A stretch of DNA of 64,000 nt, taken from Oligoflexales bacterium. Its GTDB lineage: Bacteria > Bdellovibrionota_B > Oligoflexia > Oligoflexales > JAPPIL01. Of the stretch, positions 30,002-40,721 are shown piece after piece. The notes below the pieces were generated by a model, which was given only the letters and a program-made list of their open reading frames with translations, was not told where the DNA came from and searched no databases. Made by a program: the position numbers and the translations under genes. Each line of letters starts with the position of its first letter. Within the stretch, counting starts at the first letter, position 1. The stretch spans positions 2,116,711 through 2,180,710 of the forward strand of contig OZ244057.1 of NCBI GenBank assembly GCA_965215515.1. Direction: 5' to 3'.

Positions 30002-31198
30002 ATGCAGATCTCTGCACAGGTGAAACTTGCTCTGCAAAAATCTTCCGCCATCCGCAAAATGTTCGAAGAAGGTGCACGTCTGAAAGCTACTTATGGTGCA
30101 CAGCAAGTACATGACTTTTCACTAGGCAACCCTTGCTATGAACCACCGACGGCGGTGCAACAGGCTATGCACGCTCTGGTCACCTCCCCCCCACCCCTGC
30201 TGCACTCCTACATGCCCAACGCAGGCCATCCCTCCACTCGTGCCGCCCTCGCCGCCTGGCTGACACAACGTGACAAACTGACAGTCACCGCCTCCGATGT
30301 CGTGATGTGCGTCGGTGCAGGTGGAGGACTGAACGTGGTGTTGAAGGCAATTCTCAATCCTGACGATGAAGTTATTACGATCGCTCCGTATTTTGTCGAG
30401 TATGACTTCTATGTCCAAAATCACGGCGGTCGCCTCGTCGTCTGCGACAGTGACACGCAGTTCCATCTCGACTTAACCCAGCTTGCCGCTGCACTCACGC
30501 CCCGCACCAGAGCGGTGCTCATCAACAGCCCCAACAACCCCAGCGGAGTCGTCTACCACGACGACGAACTGCGTTGCCTCGGCGAACTGCTGCGCAACCA
30601 CCAAGCCCGACATCCCCAGCAACAAACCATCTATCTGCTCTCCGACGAACCCTACCGCCGACTCGTCTACGACGGTGTGCAGTGCAGCTCGATCGGAAAT
30701 TTTTATGACAACGCCATCACCGTCACCTCGTTTTCCAAAGACATGGGCTTGGCAGGCGAAAGAATCGGCTACATCTATGTCTCACCCCGCTGCACCGTGC
30801 CCGATCTGCGTGCCGCCCTCGCCTTCACTACCCGCATCCTCGGCTTCGTCAACGCCCCATCCCTTATGCAAAAGGTCGTCGAACACGCTCTCACCGCCCC
30901 CGTCGCTACACACACCCTCGCCCGCAAACGCGCGGTGATGGCTGAAATTTTACGTGCCGCGGGTTTACAATTTAATCTACCCCAAGGGGCATTTTATTTT
31001 TTTCCGTCTGTGCCATGCGGCGATGATCAGGAGTTTTGTGAATTCTTGCAAAAAAATTATCGCATTCTGGTTGTCGCGGGCCGCACCTTCGGTCGTCGTG
31101 GTCATTTTCGGCTCAGTTATAGTGTGCCTGACCGTGTCATCGCTAATTCCAAACAAGCGTGGCTTGAGGCGTTGCAGGTATGGCGGCGACGGGGCTAA
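30002..31198 (+). CDS. PLP-dependent class I/II aminotransferase (aspartate aminotransferase-like)
   Basis: NSPNNPSG, SDEPY and SFSKDMGLAGERIG. Confidence 0.93.
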   Translation: MQISAQVKLALQKSSAIRKMFEEGARLKATYGAQQVHDFSLGNPCYEPPTAVQQAMHALVTSPPPLLHSYMPNAGHPSTRAALAAWLTQRDKLTVTASDVVMCVGAGGGLNVVLKAILNPDDEVITIAPYFVEYDFYVQNHGGRLVVCDSDTQFHLDLTQLAAALTPRTRAVLINSPNNPSGVVYHDDELRCLGELLRNHQARHPQQQTIYLLSDEPYRRLVYDGVQCSSIGNFYDNAITVTSFSKDMGLAGERIGYIYVSPRCTVPDLRAALAFTTRILGFVNAPSLMQKVVEHALTAPVATHTLARKRAVMAEILRAAGLQFNLPQGAFYFFPSVPCGDDQEFCEFLQKNYRILVVAGRTFGRRGHFRLSYSVPDRVIANSKQAWLEALQVWRRRG

Positions 31199-32391
31199 GG
31201 GCACTGTATGTGCATATTCCTTTCTGTGCTTCGCTCTGTCATTATTGTGATTTTGTCAAGACTGCCAACTATCACGCTGAGTTGGTGGCACGTTATTTTC
31301 AGCGTTTGCAGGAACATTTTGTCTGGTGGTGTGATTGTCTGCCGCAGGAGACGAGGTTTGCCAGCATCTATCTCGGTGGGGGCACGCCTTCGTTGTTTAG
31401 TACACAGTATGCGCCGTTGCTGGGTTTGTGTGCTGCACGTCTCGCACCTGACGGGGAGGTGACACTAGAGGTCAACCCGCAGGACGTGACGCGAGCAAGG
31501 CTACGGCAGTGGCAAGAGCTGGGGATTAATCGTCTGTCACTTGGCGTGCAAACTTTTAATGCCCGACACCTGCGTTTTCTTCGTCGTACGCACACGGAGG
31601 CACAGGCACGAGCGGCGGTGTTGCTGGCGGCGGAATTCTTTGCGGACAATCTCAATGTCGATTTAATTTACGGTATGCCGCAACAGAGTTTGTCCGAGTT
31701 TGCGGCAGATCTCGCGGCGTTGTTAGCTTTGCCGCTGACACACCTCAGTTGTTACAATCTTACTTACGAAAGCGGCACACCGATCGGTCGGGCACGGCAG
31801 CGGGGCAAGTTAAAGCCACTGAGCGAAGGCGAGGAAACACGCATGTATCGCTTGCTCTGTGCGGAGCTTGCCGCGTGTGGGTTTGAGCATTACGAGATTT
31901 CCAATTGGGCGAAAGCCGCTAAGCGTAGCCGCCACAATTCAGCCTACTGGCGTGACTGCGGCTATCTCGGTCTCGGAGCTGGTGCACATGGTTATTTCCC
32001 CGCACCAGATGGGGCAGGATTGCGGTATAGCTACGTGCGCAATGAACGTGCCTTCAGCAAGTGTGCCCCACCTAGAGGGTCGCGAGAGCAAGATTTAGGG
32101 CCGCTGTTGGCACAGCTTGAGACGGTTAGAGTTGATCGCCGCGCTGGCGATGCGTGGTTGCTTGAATATCTCGCCAGCGGTTTGCGTACCGTGTATGGTG
32201 TTAGCTTACATCGCATTGCCGCGAAAAGCGGCAAGGTTTTTGCGCCGACTGCCTCGCTCACCGCTGCTTTGCACGCGGGTATGTTGCAACGCCGTGACGC
32301 AACACTTCACCTGTCGCGTGCTGAATGGTGGCGAGAGAACATGTGGCTGCGACAGCTGTTGCCTGCTTTCGTGGCTGGACTAGAGCGTTGA
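31180..32391 (+). CDS. hemW: Radical SAM heme chaperone HemW (HemN-like)
   Basis: LYVHIPFCASLCHYCDF, GGGTPS, YEISNW and HNSAYW. Confidence 0.88.
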   Translation: MAATGLRALYVHIPFCASLCHYCDFVKTANYHAELVARYFQRLQEHFVWWCDCLPQETRFASIYLGGGTPSLFSTQYAPLLGLCAARLAPDGEVTLEVNPQDVTRARLRQWQELGINRLSLGVQTFNARHLRFLRRTHTEAQARAAVLLAAEFFADNLNVDLIYGMPQQSLSEFAADLAALLALPLTHLSCYNLTYESGTPIGRARQRGKLKPLSEGEETRMYRLLCAELAACGFEHYEISNWAKAAKRSRHNSAYWRDCGYLGLGAGAHGYFPAPDGAGLRYSYVRNERAFSKCAPPRGSREQDLGPLLAQLETVRVDRRAGDAWLLEYLASGLRTVYGVSLHRIAAKSGKVFAPTASLTAALHAGMLQRRDATLHLSRAEWWRENMWLRQLLPAFVAGLER

Positions 32392-32438
32392 ACTTTTTAT
32401 TTTGCTGTGCGAGCATATAGCCCATTACAGGGGGACGA

Positions 32439-34268
32439 GTGGTGCGCAAGAGGGCGGATTTTTTTTCTGATAATGCCGACTTAGGCTTTCATCTGCGTCA
32501 ATTTGGTTTTCTGCGGGAGTTGTATGCCCTCACCGCCGCGCAGGATCGCGAGGCGTTAGCGGTCGGTTGTGAGGAAGAGTACGAACAGGCTTGGGTGCAG
32601 GCGTTAGCGTCGTTCGGGGAGGTGGTAGCCAGTGAGGTAGCGCCGCATCTCAGAGAGGTCGAGGATGAGAAGCTACGTATCGACGAGTTAGGCAACTTGC
32701 AGCCAGGCCCGCGACTCGCCGCTAACATCAAGTTGTTGCAGGAGATGGGCGTTGCCCCGTTCACAGCGAGGAGTGAGTGGGGTGGGCTAAGCGCACCTTT
32801 TGTGGTGCAATGTTGTATGTTTGAGTTGTTGTTTCGTGCTTGTCCTTCGACGGCGCTGAATGTCATTTGGCATGGCACGATGGCTGGGGTTATTGAAGAT
32901 TTTGGTGATGAGGAGATCAAGCAGCGGTATGTGCCTAAGTTGAGCAGTGGCGAGTGGTCGGGGTGCATGGTATTGACGGAGGCAGGGGCGGGCAGTGATT
33001 TGGCGGCACTGACTGCTTACGCGGAACGGCAGGACGATGGCAATTGGAAGCTGTATGGCAGCAAGCGTTTTATCACCAACGGCACTGCCGATGTGGCTTT
33101 AGTGCTGGCTAACAACGGGAAGGGGCGACAGGGGTTGCAGCATCTGGCGTTGTTTGTTGCGCCGCGTCTGTTGCATGGTAAACCTAATTATCAGGTAGCT
33201 CGTTTGGAGGACAAACTCGGTCTCGCCAGTTCAGCCACTTGTGATCTTAACTTCGATGGTGCGCAGGCGCAGTTACTTGGCGAGGCGGACAAGGGTTTAT
33301 CTTACATGTTAACGCTGATGAACGGAGCACGTATTGTTACTGGTTTTCAGGGCGTGGGAACGCTGGAGGCGGTGTATCGTATTGCCCAGGACTATGCCTC
33401 GCAGCGGTATACATGGGGCAAGAAGATCGCCCAGCACGAGTTAATTGCCGACAAGTTGCTCGACATGGAGATGGATCTCAAGGCGACGCGCAGTCTCGTG
33501 TACAAGGCCGCTTTTCGTCAGTCGTTTATCGGCATGGCGAAGGTTTATCTCGCTGCCCATCCTGATCTCAACGCGGGCGCACGACAGCGGCTGGAAAAGA
33601 GAGTGGTAGCTTATCAACGGCGTATCAGGCAGTGGATTCCTCTCATCAAGTATCAGGTGGGTGAAAATGTCGTTAAGCATGCTCGTCATGCGTTGCAGAT
33701 TCACGGCGGTTATGGTTATAGCCGTGAGTATCTCCCTGAGCTGTGGCTGCGTCAGAGTGTTATTCTTTCTATTTACGAAGGCACATCGCAGATCCAGGCG
33801 TTGATGTGTATCAAGGATGTGCTCAAGGAGGTGTTGCGCAACCCGCGTGTTTTCATCGAGCGCACGCTGGCTTTGAATGTCAAGGGGATCTCTGAAAGCA
33901 GCAGAATGCGTAGACAGCTGAACAAAGGCAAGCAACTTGTCAGTTCCGCGACGGTTAAGATATTACTTTCCCTCATCGGTCAAAACTTCACCAGCGGTGT
34001 GGCACGTCTGCGCATGAAGGACTTGTTGCAAGGCTTGGAAAAACTGAAAAAAAATCTCAAGCTACGAGATTTCAGCCATGCGTTGCTCAACGCGGAACGT
34101 TTGTGCGAAATGAAGTGTCAAGTCGCCCTTGCTGAGGCTCTTGTTTGGGATGCCGAAGCGGACGAGGTGCGTAGCCAGACGGCACAGCGTTTTCTTGACA
34201 AAGCGATTCCAAAACTACGAGGACTGAAAGCTGAGATTGAGGTGAGCAAGACTTTTCTAAAGCGGTAG
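32439..34268 (+). CDS. Long-form acyl-CoA dehydrogenase
   Basis: MVLTEAGAGSDL, GSKRFITNG, QIHGGYGY and IYEGTSQIQ. Confidence 0.92.
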   Translation: MVRKRADFFSDNADLGFHLRQFGFLRELYALTAAQDREALAVGCEEEYEQAWVQALASFGEVVASEVAPHLREVEDEKLRIDELGNLQPGPRLAANIKLLQEMGVAPFTARSEWGGLSAPFVVQCCMFELLFRACPSTALNVIWHGTMAGVIEDFGDEEIKQRYVPKLSSGEWSGCMVLTEAGAGSDLAALTAYAERQDDGNWKLYGSKRFITNGTADVALVLANNGKGRQGLQHLALFVAPRLLHGKPNYQVARLEDKLGLASSATCDLNFDGAQAQLLGEADKGLSYMLTLMNGARIVTGFQGVGTLEAVYRIAQDYASQRYTWGKKIAQHELIADKLLDMEMDLKATRSLVYKAAFRQSFIGMAKVYLAAHPDLNAGARQRLEKRVVAYQRRIRQWIPLIKYQVGENVVKHARHALQIHGGYGYSREYLPELWLRQSVILSIYEGTSQIQALMCIKDVLKEVLRNPRVFIERTLALNVKGISESSRMRRQLNKGKQLVSSATVKILLSLIGQNFTSGVARLRMKDLLQGLEKLKKNLKLRDFSHALLNAERLCEMKCQVALAEALVWDAEADEVRSQTAQRFLDKAIPKLRGLKAEIEVSKTFLKR

Positions 34269-34343
34269 GCTCGTCAGTTGCTGTGGGTGCTACATAGACC
34301 CTCTTGACAAAAAAATGAGCTGCTGCTGTGCTCGCCCGAAATT

Positions 34344-34364
34344 ACCGACTTAAGCAACAATGCT
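34344..34364 (-). mobile_element. Orphan IS5/IS903-like terminal inverted repeat remnant
   Basis: ACCGACTTAAGCAACAATGCT is 20/21 identical to 55972-55992; its reverse complement resembles the IS903 end GGCTTTGTTGAATAAATC (from memory). Confidence 0.4.
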
Positions 34365-34499
34365 CTGCGTAGCGGCTAACCTTTTATTTTAATTATTTAA
34401 ATTTGCTGTGGGGGGTGGTACACTGGTAGGTGTGGGTGTGTGTGTTGGCTCGAGCTTGGCTGACGTTGCAAGCGGATGGATGATAGGGGGCGAGGTTTT

Positions 34500-34796
34500 A
34501 TGACGTTAACGAAGGATTCTCTTTCCGAAAATCTCCATGTCAGGATTGGCATCTCGATGAAGGAGGCGCGCTCCATCATCGAGATGTTGTTGGAAGAGAT
34601 GAAAATGAAGCTAGAATCAGGTGAGGATGTCAAAATCTCCAACTTTGGCAAGTGGTCGGTGCGTAGGAAGCGTTCGCGTCCAGGGCGCAATCCGCATACG
34701 GGGGAGGGGATTGAGATCAGCAGTCGCCGTATCGTCACCTTCCATCCTTCGGACAAGTTGCGGGAGCGTCTCAATACTGTTATAGAGGAGTTCTAG
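34500..34796 (+). CDS. ihfA: Integration host factor alpha subunit
   Basis: MTLTK, VKISNFGKW, RPGRNPHTGE and RRIVTFHPS. Confidence 0.9.
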   Translation: MTLTKDSLSENLHVRIGISMKEARSIIEMLLEEMKMKLESGEDVKISNFGKWSVRRKRSRPGRNPHTGEGIEISSRRIVTFHPSDKLRERLNTVIEEF

Positions 34797-34820
34797 GTCG
34801 GCGTACCGTGGGTTGCTCCT

Positions 34821-36380
34821 GTGTTACAGTATGTACTTTTTTTTACTGCCAGTGTCTTTATCGGTTATGTCATTTTCCGTCTTTTGCTCTCCTACGTGCC
34901 GCGGCGCATGTCGTTGAGCGAGGATGTCCGTTGCCGTGAGATCATCGCTGAGTCTCGTCGTCAAGCTGTTGCCGTCAAGAACCGTCAGCATCAGCGTGGC
35001 GAAGAGGAGCTGGCGCATTTACGGAGCGAGGCGGAGGAGGGTTTACGCGGACAGCAGGACGACCTGCAGATTGTCGCTAGCGACCTCGATGCGCAGGGGG
35101 AGCACTTGCGCTGTGAAGAGGCCCGCGTTGCGCTGTTGGGGAAACAGCTAGAAAACGGGATCGCACGGGTTGCAACGGTCAGGGAACGCTATGAGGATAC
35201 GCGTGTGTTGTTGCAGCGCGATCTGCAACGCTTGCGGGATGTTCTGCAGGAGCGTTGTGGTGAGAGTGCGGCGCGTTTGCAGGCCCAGAGTGTCACTCAG
35301 ATTGTGGAGAGTCGCACGATTGAGTGTCAAAAAATTCTCAAGGCGATTGTTTTCGATCACAGTTCTGGGGCGAAGCGCATTGCGCAGCGTTTCTTGGGGC
35401 GGGTACACTCCCGCTACAGCCCAGAGTTCGTCTGGCCGCGTTTGTTGAGCAGTGTTGAGGTCAAAGATAGGCGCAGGTTCGAGTTGTTGCGCAACGATGA
35501 CGCTATCTTGCGTGAGTTGGAGGAGGTTGCTGGCGGTGTGCAAATCAAACTGCTTGCCGATGAGCGTGCACGGATGATAAAGCTCACGGGTGGTTTTGGC
35601 TTGTCGCGGGAGGCGGTGCGTTTAGCTTTGAACGAGGTCTTGGGGGCGAGCCATGGCAATTGGGGACGGGTGCGGCAGGCGTATTATCGCCACCACATGC
35701 GTTTGGAGCAGGAGGCACTCAAACTGGGACGCAGGGCTTGTCGGGAATTGCGTCTGGACAACATTCACACCGAGATTCAGAAGTTGGTAGGTAGTCTTAA
35801 CTGGCGTACCAGCTATAAGCAAAACCAGTGGTATCACTCTGTCGAGGTTGCGAAGTTGGCTGGTTTGCTGGGGCATGAGCTGGGTGTTGACCCTGCACAG
35901 GCGCGGCGCTGTGGTTTGCTGCACGATATCGGTAAAGCCATCGACTATCGCATCGAAGGCGGTCATGCGGTGATTAGTGGAGATTACGCTGATCGTTATG
36001 GCGAAGAGCGGGTGATTTGCGATGCTGTGATGAGTCATCACAATGATCTGGTGGTCGAGACCCCGCTGGCTTGGGTGTTGAAGTCAGCGGATACGCTGTC
36101 GGGGGCACGCCCAGGGGCGCGGGTCAACATCGAAGAGGATTATCAGAGTCGCTTGTGTGCGATCGAGGACTTGCTCCACAGCTTCAGGGGGGTGTCGAAG
36201 GTGATGATTATGAATGGAGCACGTGAAATTCACGTCGATGTCGATCAGAACAAGGTCAAGGAGGCAGAACTAGCAGGCTTGGGTCAGCGCATCGCGACGA
36301 AATTATCAGCCGAGCTGACTTTTCCTGGCCAGATTAAGATCATCCTCTCCCGCCGTTTTGAGGCAACCCTGGTAGCATAG
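34821..36380 (+). CDS. rny: Ribonuclease Y
   Basis: N-terminal TM, coiled coil, RTSYKQN, HD domain GLLHDIGKA and ADTLSGARPGAR. Confidence 0.9.
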   Translation: MLQYVLFFTASVFIGYVIFRLLLSYVPRRMSLSEDVRCREIIAESRRQAVAVKNRQHQRGEEELAHLRSEAEEGLRGQQDDLQIVASDLDAQGEHLRCEEARVALLGKQLENGIARVATVRERYEDTRVLLQRDLQRLRDVLQERCGESAARLQAQSVTQIVESRTIECQKILKAIVFDHSSGAKRIAQRFLGRVHSRYSPEFVWPRLLSSVEVKDRRRFELLRNDDAILRELEEVAGGVQIKLLADERARMIKLTGGFGLSREAVRLALNEVLGASHGNWGRVRQAYYRHHMRLEQEALKLGRRACRELRLDNIHTEIQKLVGSLNWRTSYKQNQWYHSVEVAKLAGLLGHELGVDPAQARRCGLLHDIGKAIDYRIEGGHAVISGDYADRYGEERVICDAVMSHHNDLVVETPLAWVLKSADTLSGARPGARVNIEEDYQSRLCAIEDLLHSFRGVSKVMIMNGAREIHVDVDQNKVKEAELAGLGQRIATKLSAELTFPGQIKIILSRRFEATLVA

Positions 36381-36399
36381 CCCTCGCGAGGAGCAGCGT

Positions 36400-36672
36400 G
36401 TGTTCGGCATCGGCTTTATGGAATTGATCGTGCTGGCGGTGGTGGTGTTGGTGTTCGTCGGCCCGCATCGTCTTCCCGACCTGATGCGGCAGTTGGGGCG
36501 GCTCTACGTGCGGTTGAGGCGGATGAGCACAGAGGCAAAGACGACCATCGACAACGTTATCCATGAAGCCGAACAGGAGCTGTCGGCAGAGAAAAAACGC
36601 AAAGAAGCCCTGCCTGTCGCCGCGAAGGGCAAACAAACTACCACCTGGGACGAACTGAAAAAAGAGGAGTGA
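36400..36672 (+). CDS. tatB: Tat translocase TatB/TatA-type subunit
   Basis: MFGIGFMELIVL...VGPHRLPDL. Confidence 0.85.
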   Translation: MFGIGFMELIVLAVVVLVFVGPHRLPDLMRQLGRLYVRLRRMSTEAKTTIDNVIHEAEQELSAEKKRKEALPVAAKGKQTTTWDELKKEE

Positions 36673-36680
36673 CTATGCCC

Positions 36681-38234
36681 CTAAGGATTGAACACAACGG
36701 GTAGTCTTACCTTCTCACCTCCCATGTAGCTGAATTCAAACACCTGTCGCGTACGTGTGGTAGGAAACGGTTCGTCGATGGCAATCATCACCATCCCCTC
36801 ACCGTGCAAGCGCTCCTGTTCATCTTTCCCCCGTTGAGAAAACGGCAGCGCATAGATACCGTTTTCCTCCGTATCTCGGAGTGCGTGCAATTGCCAACGC
36901 AAATCGCCGCGCCCAACATTCCTCACGTCCACCATCTGACGAGTATTATCGGGGCTAAGCACTACCTCCGTCTCCCCCAGCTGTATTTCGGGAATATACA
37001 TCGTCACCGCCAAGTCAGTGCTAAAACGACTAGCTAGGTTGGTGAAACGCAAAACTTTCGTATACTGATGCGGCATGTAGTTGTGAGGATCAAGACCTGG
37101 CCACCAGCTGAGGTTGTCGATATCAGCAATGCGGAACGAAAGAGTTTGCACTTCTCCTCCCGCCAACTCACCCGTACCGAGAAGCAACGGTTCGTCCTCG
37201 TCGTCTTTCCCGCTGACATTAAACCAATGTGCAACAACACGAGCCTCCAACCACGGCAACGCATAAATAGGCAACAACGTCTCCGCACGCAAAGATAGCG
37301 TTTTGTGTGCGTCATAGGGTAACCAACTCAGGTCGTTGCGATCTTCAGCGCGGGTCAACACCGCCTCCCAAACCAACGTCCCACGGCCATTGTTCCACAC
37401 CCCGAGTTCCGCAATACGTTCGTCGCCAAGCGTGAAAGTAATCTCCTTGCGACTCAACAACAGACGCGCAGGCCGCGCCTCTGGTAACGCACGATACTGC
37501 CAGCGATGCGTGCGGATGTTTTCATAATCACCTGTCACACACAGTGTATACCAACCCTCCTCCGTTAAACTGTGATCGAGAAGCTCGTCGATACGACGCT
37601 CAGCATAAGCACTTTGATCGGCTGCACAGTCTTCACGCCCACGCAACACCTTGTAGTAGTACCTGTCAAACTCTGCCCGCGTATCCGAATTGCTCACCTC
37701 AACCCGTAGCCTACTATCATGGCGATGCGGTAACCTGTCGAGCAGCAAGGCACTCTGGCCGTTTTTTTTCCAGCGCAACCTACTAAAACTACGGGTAGCG
37801 ACCGCTTTGCCACTCACCTCAGAAGGTAAAGCACAGAGTATCTTGACACCCTCCGTACCCAACTGCCGCGCGGTGAGAATAAGCGTCTCACCCACCGTCG
37901 CCTCATGCCTAAGATCATCCTCCGTGCACCAAGTGTCACGATGCAATAAGCCATAACGATAACGCACAACGTTACGACCACGCACCTCGATGGCAAGTTG
38001 CTCGGCATTAGAATCAGGCGGAGGATTAGCAAAATAAATATACCCCGTATCATCCCACTCCGCCGCCACATCACGCAAACTTACCGCCCCCCGCAACTCC
38101 TCAGGCAAAGTTTTTTCTCCCCACATGGCAGCATAGCTAGCTCCTTCACTACCCATACGCGTCGCAATATCCCCTATCTCTTCCGCCGCACAGGCAACCG
38201 TTAACCCACACCAGGCAACAATACCTACCCGCAT
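36681..38234 (-). CDS. Orphan lipoprotein with Ig/BACON-like beta repeats
   Basis: Lipobox LTVAC; two 'N.GRG.L.W' motifs typical of BACON/Ig-like domains. Confidence 0.65.
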   Translation of the reverse strand: MRVGIVAWCGLTVACAAEEIGDIATRMGSEGASYAAMWGEKTLPEELRGAVSLRDVAAEWDDTGYIYFANPPPDSNAEQLAIEVRGRNVVRYRYGLLHRDTWCTEDDLRHEATVGETLILTARQLGTEGVKILCALPSEVSGKAVATRSFSRLRWKKNGQSALLLDRLPHRHDSRLRVEVSNSDTRAEFDRYYYKVLRGREDCAADQSAYAERRIDELLDHSLTEEGWYTLCVTGDYENIRTHRWQYRALPEARPARLLLSRKEITFTLGDERIAELGVWNNGRGTLVWEAVLTRAEDRNDLSWLPYDAHKTLSLRAETLLPIYALPWLEARVVAHWFNVSGKDDEDEPLLLGTGELAGGEVQTLSFRIADIDNLSWWPGLDPHNYMPHQYTKVLRFTNLASRFSTDLAVTMYIPEIQLGETEVVLSPDNTRQMVDVRNVGRGDLRWQLHALRDTEENGIYALPFSQRGKDEQERLHGEGMVMIAIDEPFPTTRTRQVFEFSYMGGEKVRLPVVFNP

Positions 38235-38270
38235 GACCTAGCCCTCCACGCAATTAACCTTCATGCCCGT

Positions 38271-38297
38271 GTATCGGCCTTGTTTTGTAGTTCTTAA
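38271..38297 (-). promoter_or_regulatory. Sigma28/FliA-like promoter
   Basis: Minus strand TTAA-N15-GCCGATAC upstream of ATG 38234. Confidence 0.55.
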
Positions 38298-38521
38298 ATT
38301 TTATCTTTTAAAATTTGCATCGATAGCTAAAGATTTGTAAAACGATCATCTTGTAAGATAAAACATGAGATGATAAACTCAGTCCGTTAAGAAATAAAAT
38401 TGACACTCTTGTTAAAATTGCAGGAAATTTTGGGAAAAAATAAACGAGGGAAGAAGGGTAGCACACACCCGCCGCGACGGGGGCGCAGGCAGCACGGGAC
38501 ACGGAGCTGACATAGCTGTGG

Positions 38522-38947
38522 TTATTGTGCCAATACTTTGCCGATGGTAGCAGTAATTTCCGACACGTCGAATGGCTTGGTGATGTATTCGTCGCAGCCC
38601 GACTGGTAACCCCTGTCGATGTCCTCCTGCGTTTTGCGGGCTGAGACCATGATCAGAGGGATGTTTTTCAGGCGGTAGTGCGACTTGATGACACGACACA
38701 ACTCGTAGCCGTCGATCCAAGGCAGGTTGATGTCGAGCAAAATCAAATCAAAACGAGTCGCTTCGAGGACTTTAGAGAGGGCGATGCCGTCTTCAGCCAA
38801 CAGCACACGGTAGTTTTCGTGTTCAAGCACTCGCTTTAGCGCCCCGCGCATCGTTTCATCGTCATCGACGACGAGAACAGTCTGGGTGGTGATGGATTTT
38901 TGCAATTCTCGAAAATCATTTAACGACACGATTTTCTTAGAAACCAT
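38522..38947 (-). CDS. Single-domain response regulator
   Basis: VLVVDDD, LILLDINLP and YITKPF; ATG 38947 avoids overlap with lgt. Confidence 0.9.
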   Translation of the reverse strand: MVSKKIVSLNDFRELQKSITTQTVLVVDDDETMRGALKRVLEHENYRVLLAEDGIALSKVLEATRFDLILLDINLPWIDGYELCRVIKSHYRLKNIPLIMVSARKTQEDIDRGYQSGCDEYITKPFDVSEITATIGKVLAQ

Positions 38948-39169
38948 GCGTTTTTTTTTGATGTTTTCAATCTGCCGCCTGATGCCCTTATCGCCGCGCG
39001 GTGTAGAGTTGGATCTTCTAGCTGACAACATCATCGCACACACCTCCGATCTCTCCATGATACCATCGTCTCGGCCGTGGTGTGAATTACTTGAGTGACA
39101 GACAGATTGTTTTTGTGATAACTTCATGGGGAGAGCTGTTTGATTTGAGTTAATTAGCCAGAGGGCAAC

Positions 39170-39955
39170 ATGGCCGAGGAATTCTTCACTTGGAACGTCT
39201 CCCCTGAAATCTACAGCATCGGGTTTCTCAAAATCCGCTGGTATAGCCTGATGTTCATCATCGGCTTCCTCGGCAGCTACCACATCATGCGCCAGATGTA
39301 TCGCACCGCAGGCCATCATGATGCGCTGGTATCCAGCCTGCTGACCTGGGTTATTTTAGGTACGATTATCGGGGCACGCTTGGGCCACTGCCTATTCTAC
39401 GATCCCTCGTTTTATTTTTCTAAGCCGTTGGAAATCTTACAAGTGTGGAAGGGTGGTCTCGCTAGCCACGGTGGTTTTACAGGCGTGATGCTGGCTATCT
39501 TTTTTTATTGTCGGCGGTATCGGATGAACTTCCTGTGGGTAGTCGATCGTGCTACCATCGGTGGCTTGTTGATCGCCGCACTGATTCGCATAGGCAACTT
39601 CTTCAACTCGGAGATGATCGGCACGCCATCGCAGCTGCCGTGGGCAATTATCTTCACAAAAACCGACAACGTGCCGCGTCATCCCGCCCAGCTCTACGAG
39701 TCGCTCGCCTACTTCGCCATCTTTTTGCTGCTCAGTGCCCTGTACCGCTTTACCGCCATCGCTAAGCACCCTGGTCGCCTGTGGGGAGTAGCGCTGGCAG
39801 TGTCCTTCACCGCCCGCTTTTTTCTCGAATTTTACAAAGAAAACCAAGCGGCTTTCGAACAGGACATGTTTATCAACATGGGACAGGTGCTGAGTGTCCC
39901 CTTCGTCAGTCTCGGTTTGTTCCTAATGCTACGTAAGAGCAAAGCCCTGAGCTGA
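39170..39955 (+). CDS. lgt: Prolipoprotein diacylglyceryl transferase
   Basis: IRWY, GARLGH, GGLASHGG, RIGNFFNSE and HPAQLYE. Confidence 0.96.
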   Translation: MAEEFFTWNVSPEIYSIGFLKIRWYSLMFIIGFLGSYHIMRQMYRTAGHHDALVSSLLTWVILGTIIGARLGHCLFYDPSFYFSKPLEILQVWKGGLASHGGFTGVMLAIFFYCRRYRMNFLWVVDRATIGGLLIAALIRIGNFFNSEMIGTPSQLPWAIIFTKTDNVPRHPAQLYESLAYFAIFLLLSALYRFTAIAKHPGRLWGVALAVSFTARFFLEFYKENQAAFEQDMFINMGQVLSVPFVSLGLFLMLRKSKALS

Positions 39956-40033
39956 GATTGAACGTTGTTGTCCAAGCAAGTTATCATCGGTTACAATGGT
40001 CAATAAGGATGAATTTAAGCGCGAGGTGTCGTT

Positions 40034-40645
40034 ATGAAACTCTATCGTTCTGCCCTCTCAGGGCACTGCCATCGTGTAGAGATGCTTCTTGCACTGCTGT
40101 CAGTACCTTGTGAGATGATCGATGTCGATCTTCCCGCGGGTGAACATAAACAACCTGAATTTTTGCATAAAAATTTTTGGGGAGAAGTTCCTGTTCTTTG
40201 GGATGATGGCACGACTATCAGTGATTCCAACGCTATTTTGGTTTGGCTCGCCACCAAATACGACCCCGCGCGTCGTTGGTATCCTGACGATCCTTGGTTG
40301 ATGGCGGAGGTACAACGTTGGTTGTCGGTGGCGGCGGGCAAGATTGCTTTTGGCCCTAACTTTGCACGCTTGGCGAAAGTTTTTGGCAAGAAAGAAGTTA
40401 GCTGGGAGCAGGCTATGTGGGTAACGAGGGAGTTGTACAACGGGATGAACACGTGGCTGGAAGGGCGACAGTGGCTAGTCGGTGATAGGGCGACGATCGC
40501 TGACCTCGCGTGCTACTCCTTCATCTCTTCCTCGTGCGAGGGAGGCATTCCTCTGGATGAGTGGACATACATCAGCAAGTGGCTGCACAACGTCGAGAGC
40601 ATGGATAACTTCCAGCCGTTCATGAACGAGAGGGTTGCGGCTTAA
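40034..40645 (+). CDS. Glutathione S-transferase
   Basis: SGHCHRV, GEVPVL, DSNAIL and TIADLA. Confidence 0.93.
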   Translation: MKLYRSALSGHCHRVEMLLALLSVPCEMIDVDLPAGEHKQPEFLHKNFWGEVPVLWDDGTTISDSNAILVWLATKYDPARRWYPDDPWLMAEVQRWLSVAAGKIAFGPNFARLAKVFGKKEVSWEQAMWVTRELYNGMNTWLEGRQWLVGDRATIADLACYSFISSSCEGGIPLDEWTYISKWLHNVESMDNFQPFMNERVAA

Positions 40646-40721
40646 GTGACTTGCATGCGGAGCGCGGCGTGGTTTGTCGCGGTGTTCTTTTCCCCTCTAT
40701 CAAACGAACAGGAGAGTTACG

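Noticed and set aside
34270..34499. 6S RNA or riboswitch upstream of ihfA-rny
   Set aside because: I could not identify a long complementary rod or conserved motif; an Rfam/Infernal search would be needed.
38948..39319. N-terminal extension of the response regulator in the ORF track (265 aa)
   Set aside because: It overlaps lgt on the opposite strand; the receiver protein starts plausibly at ATG 38947.
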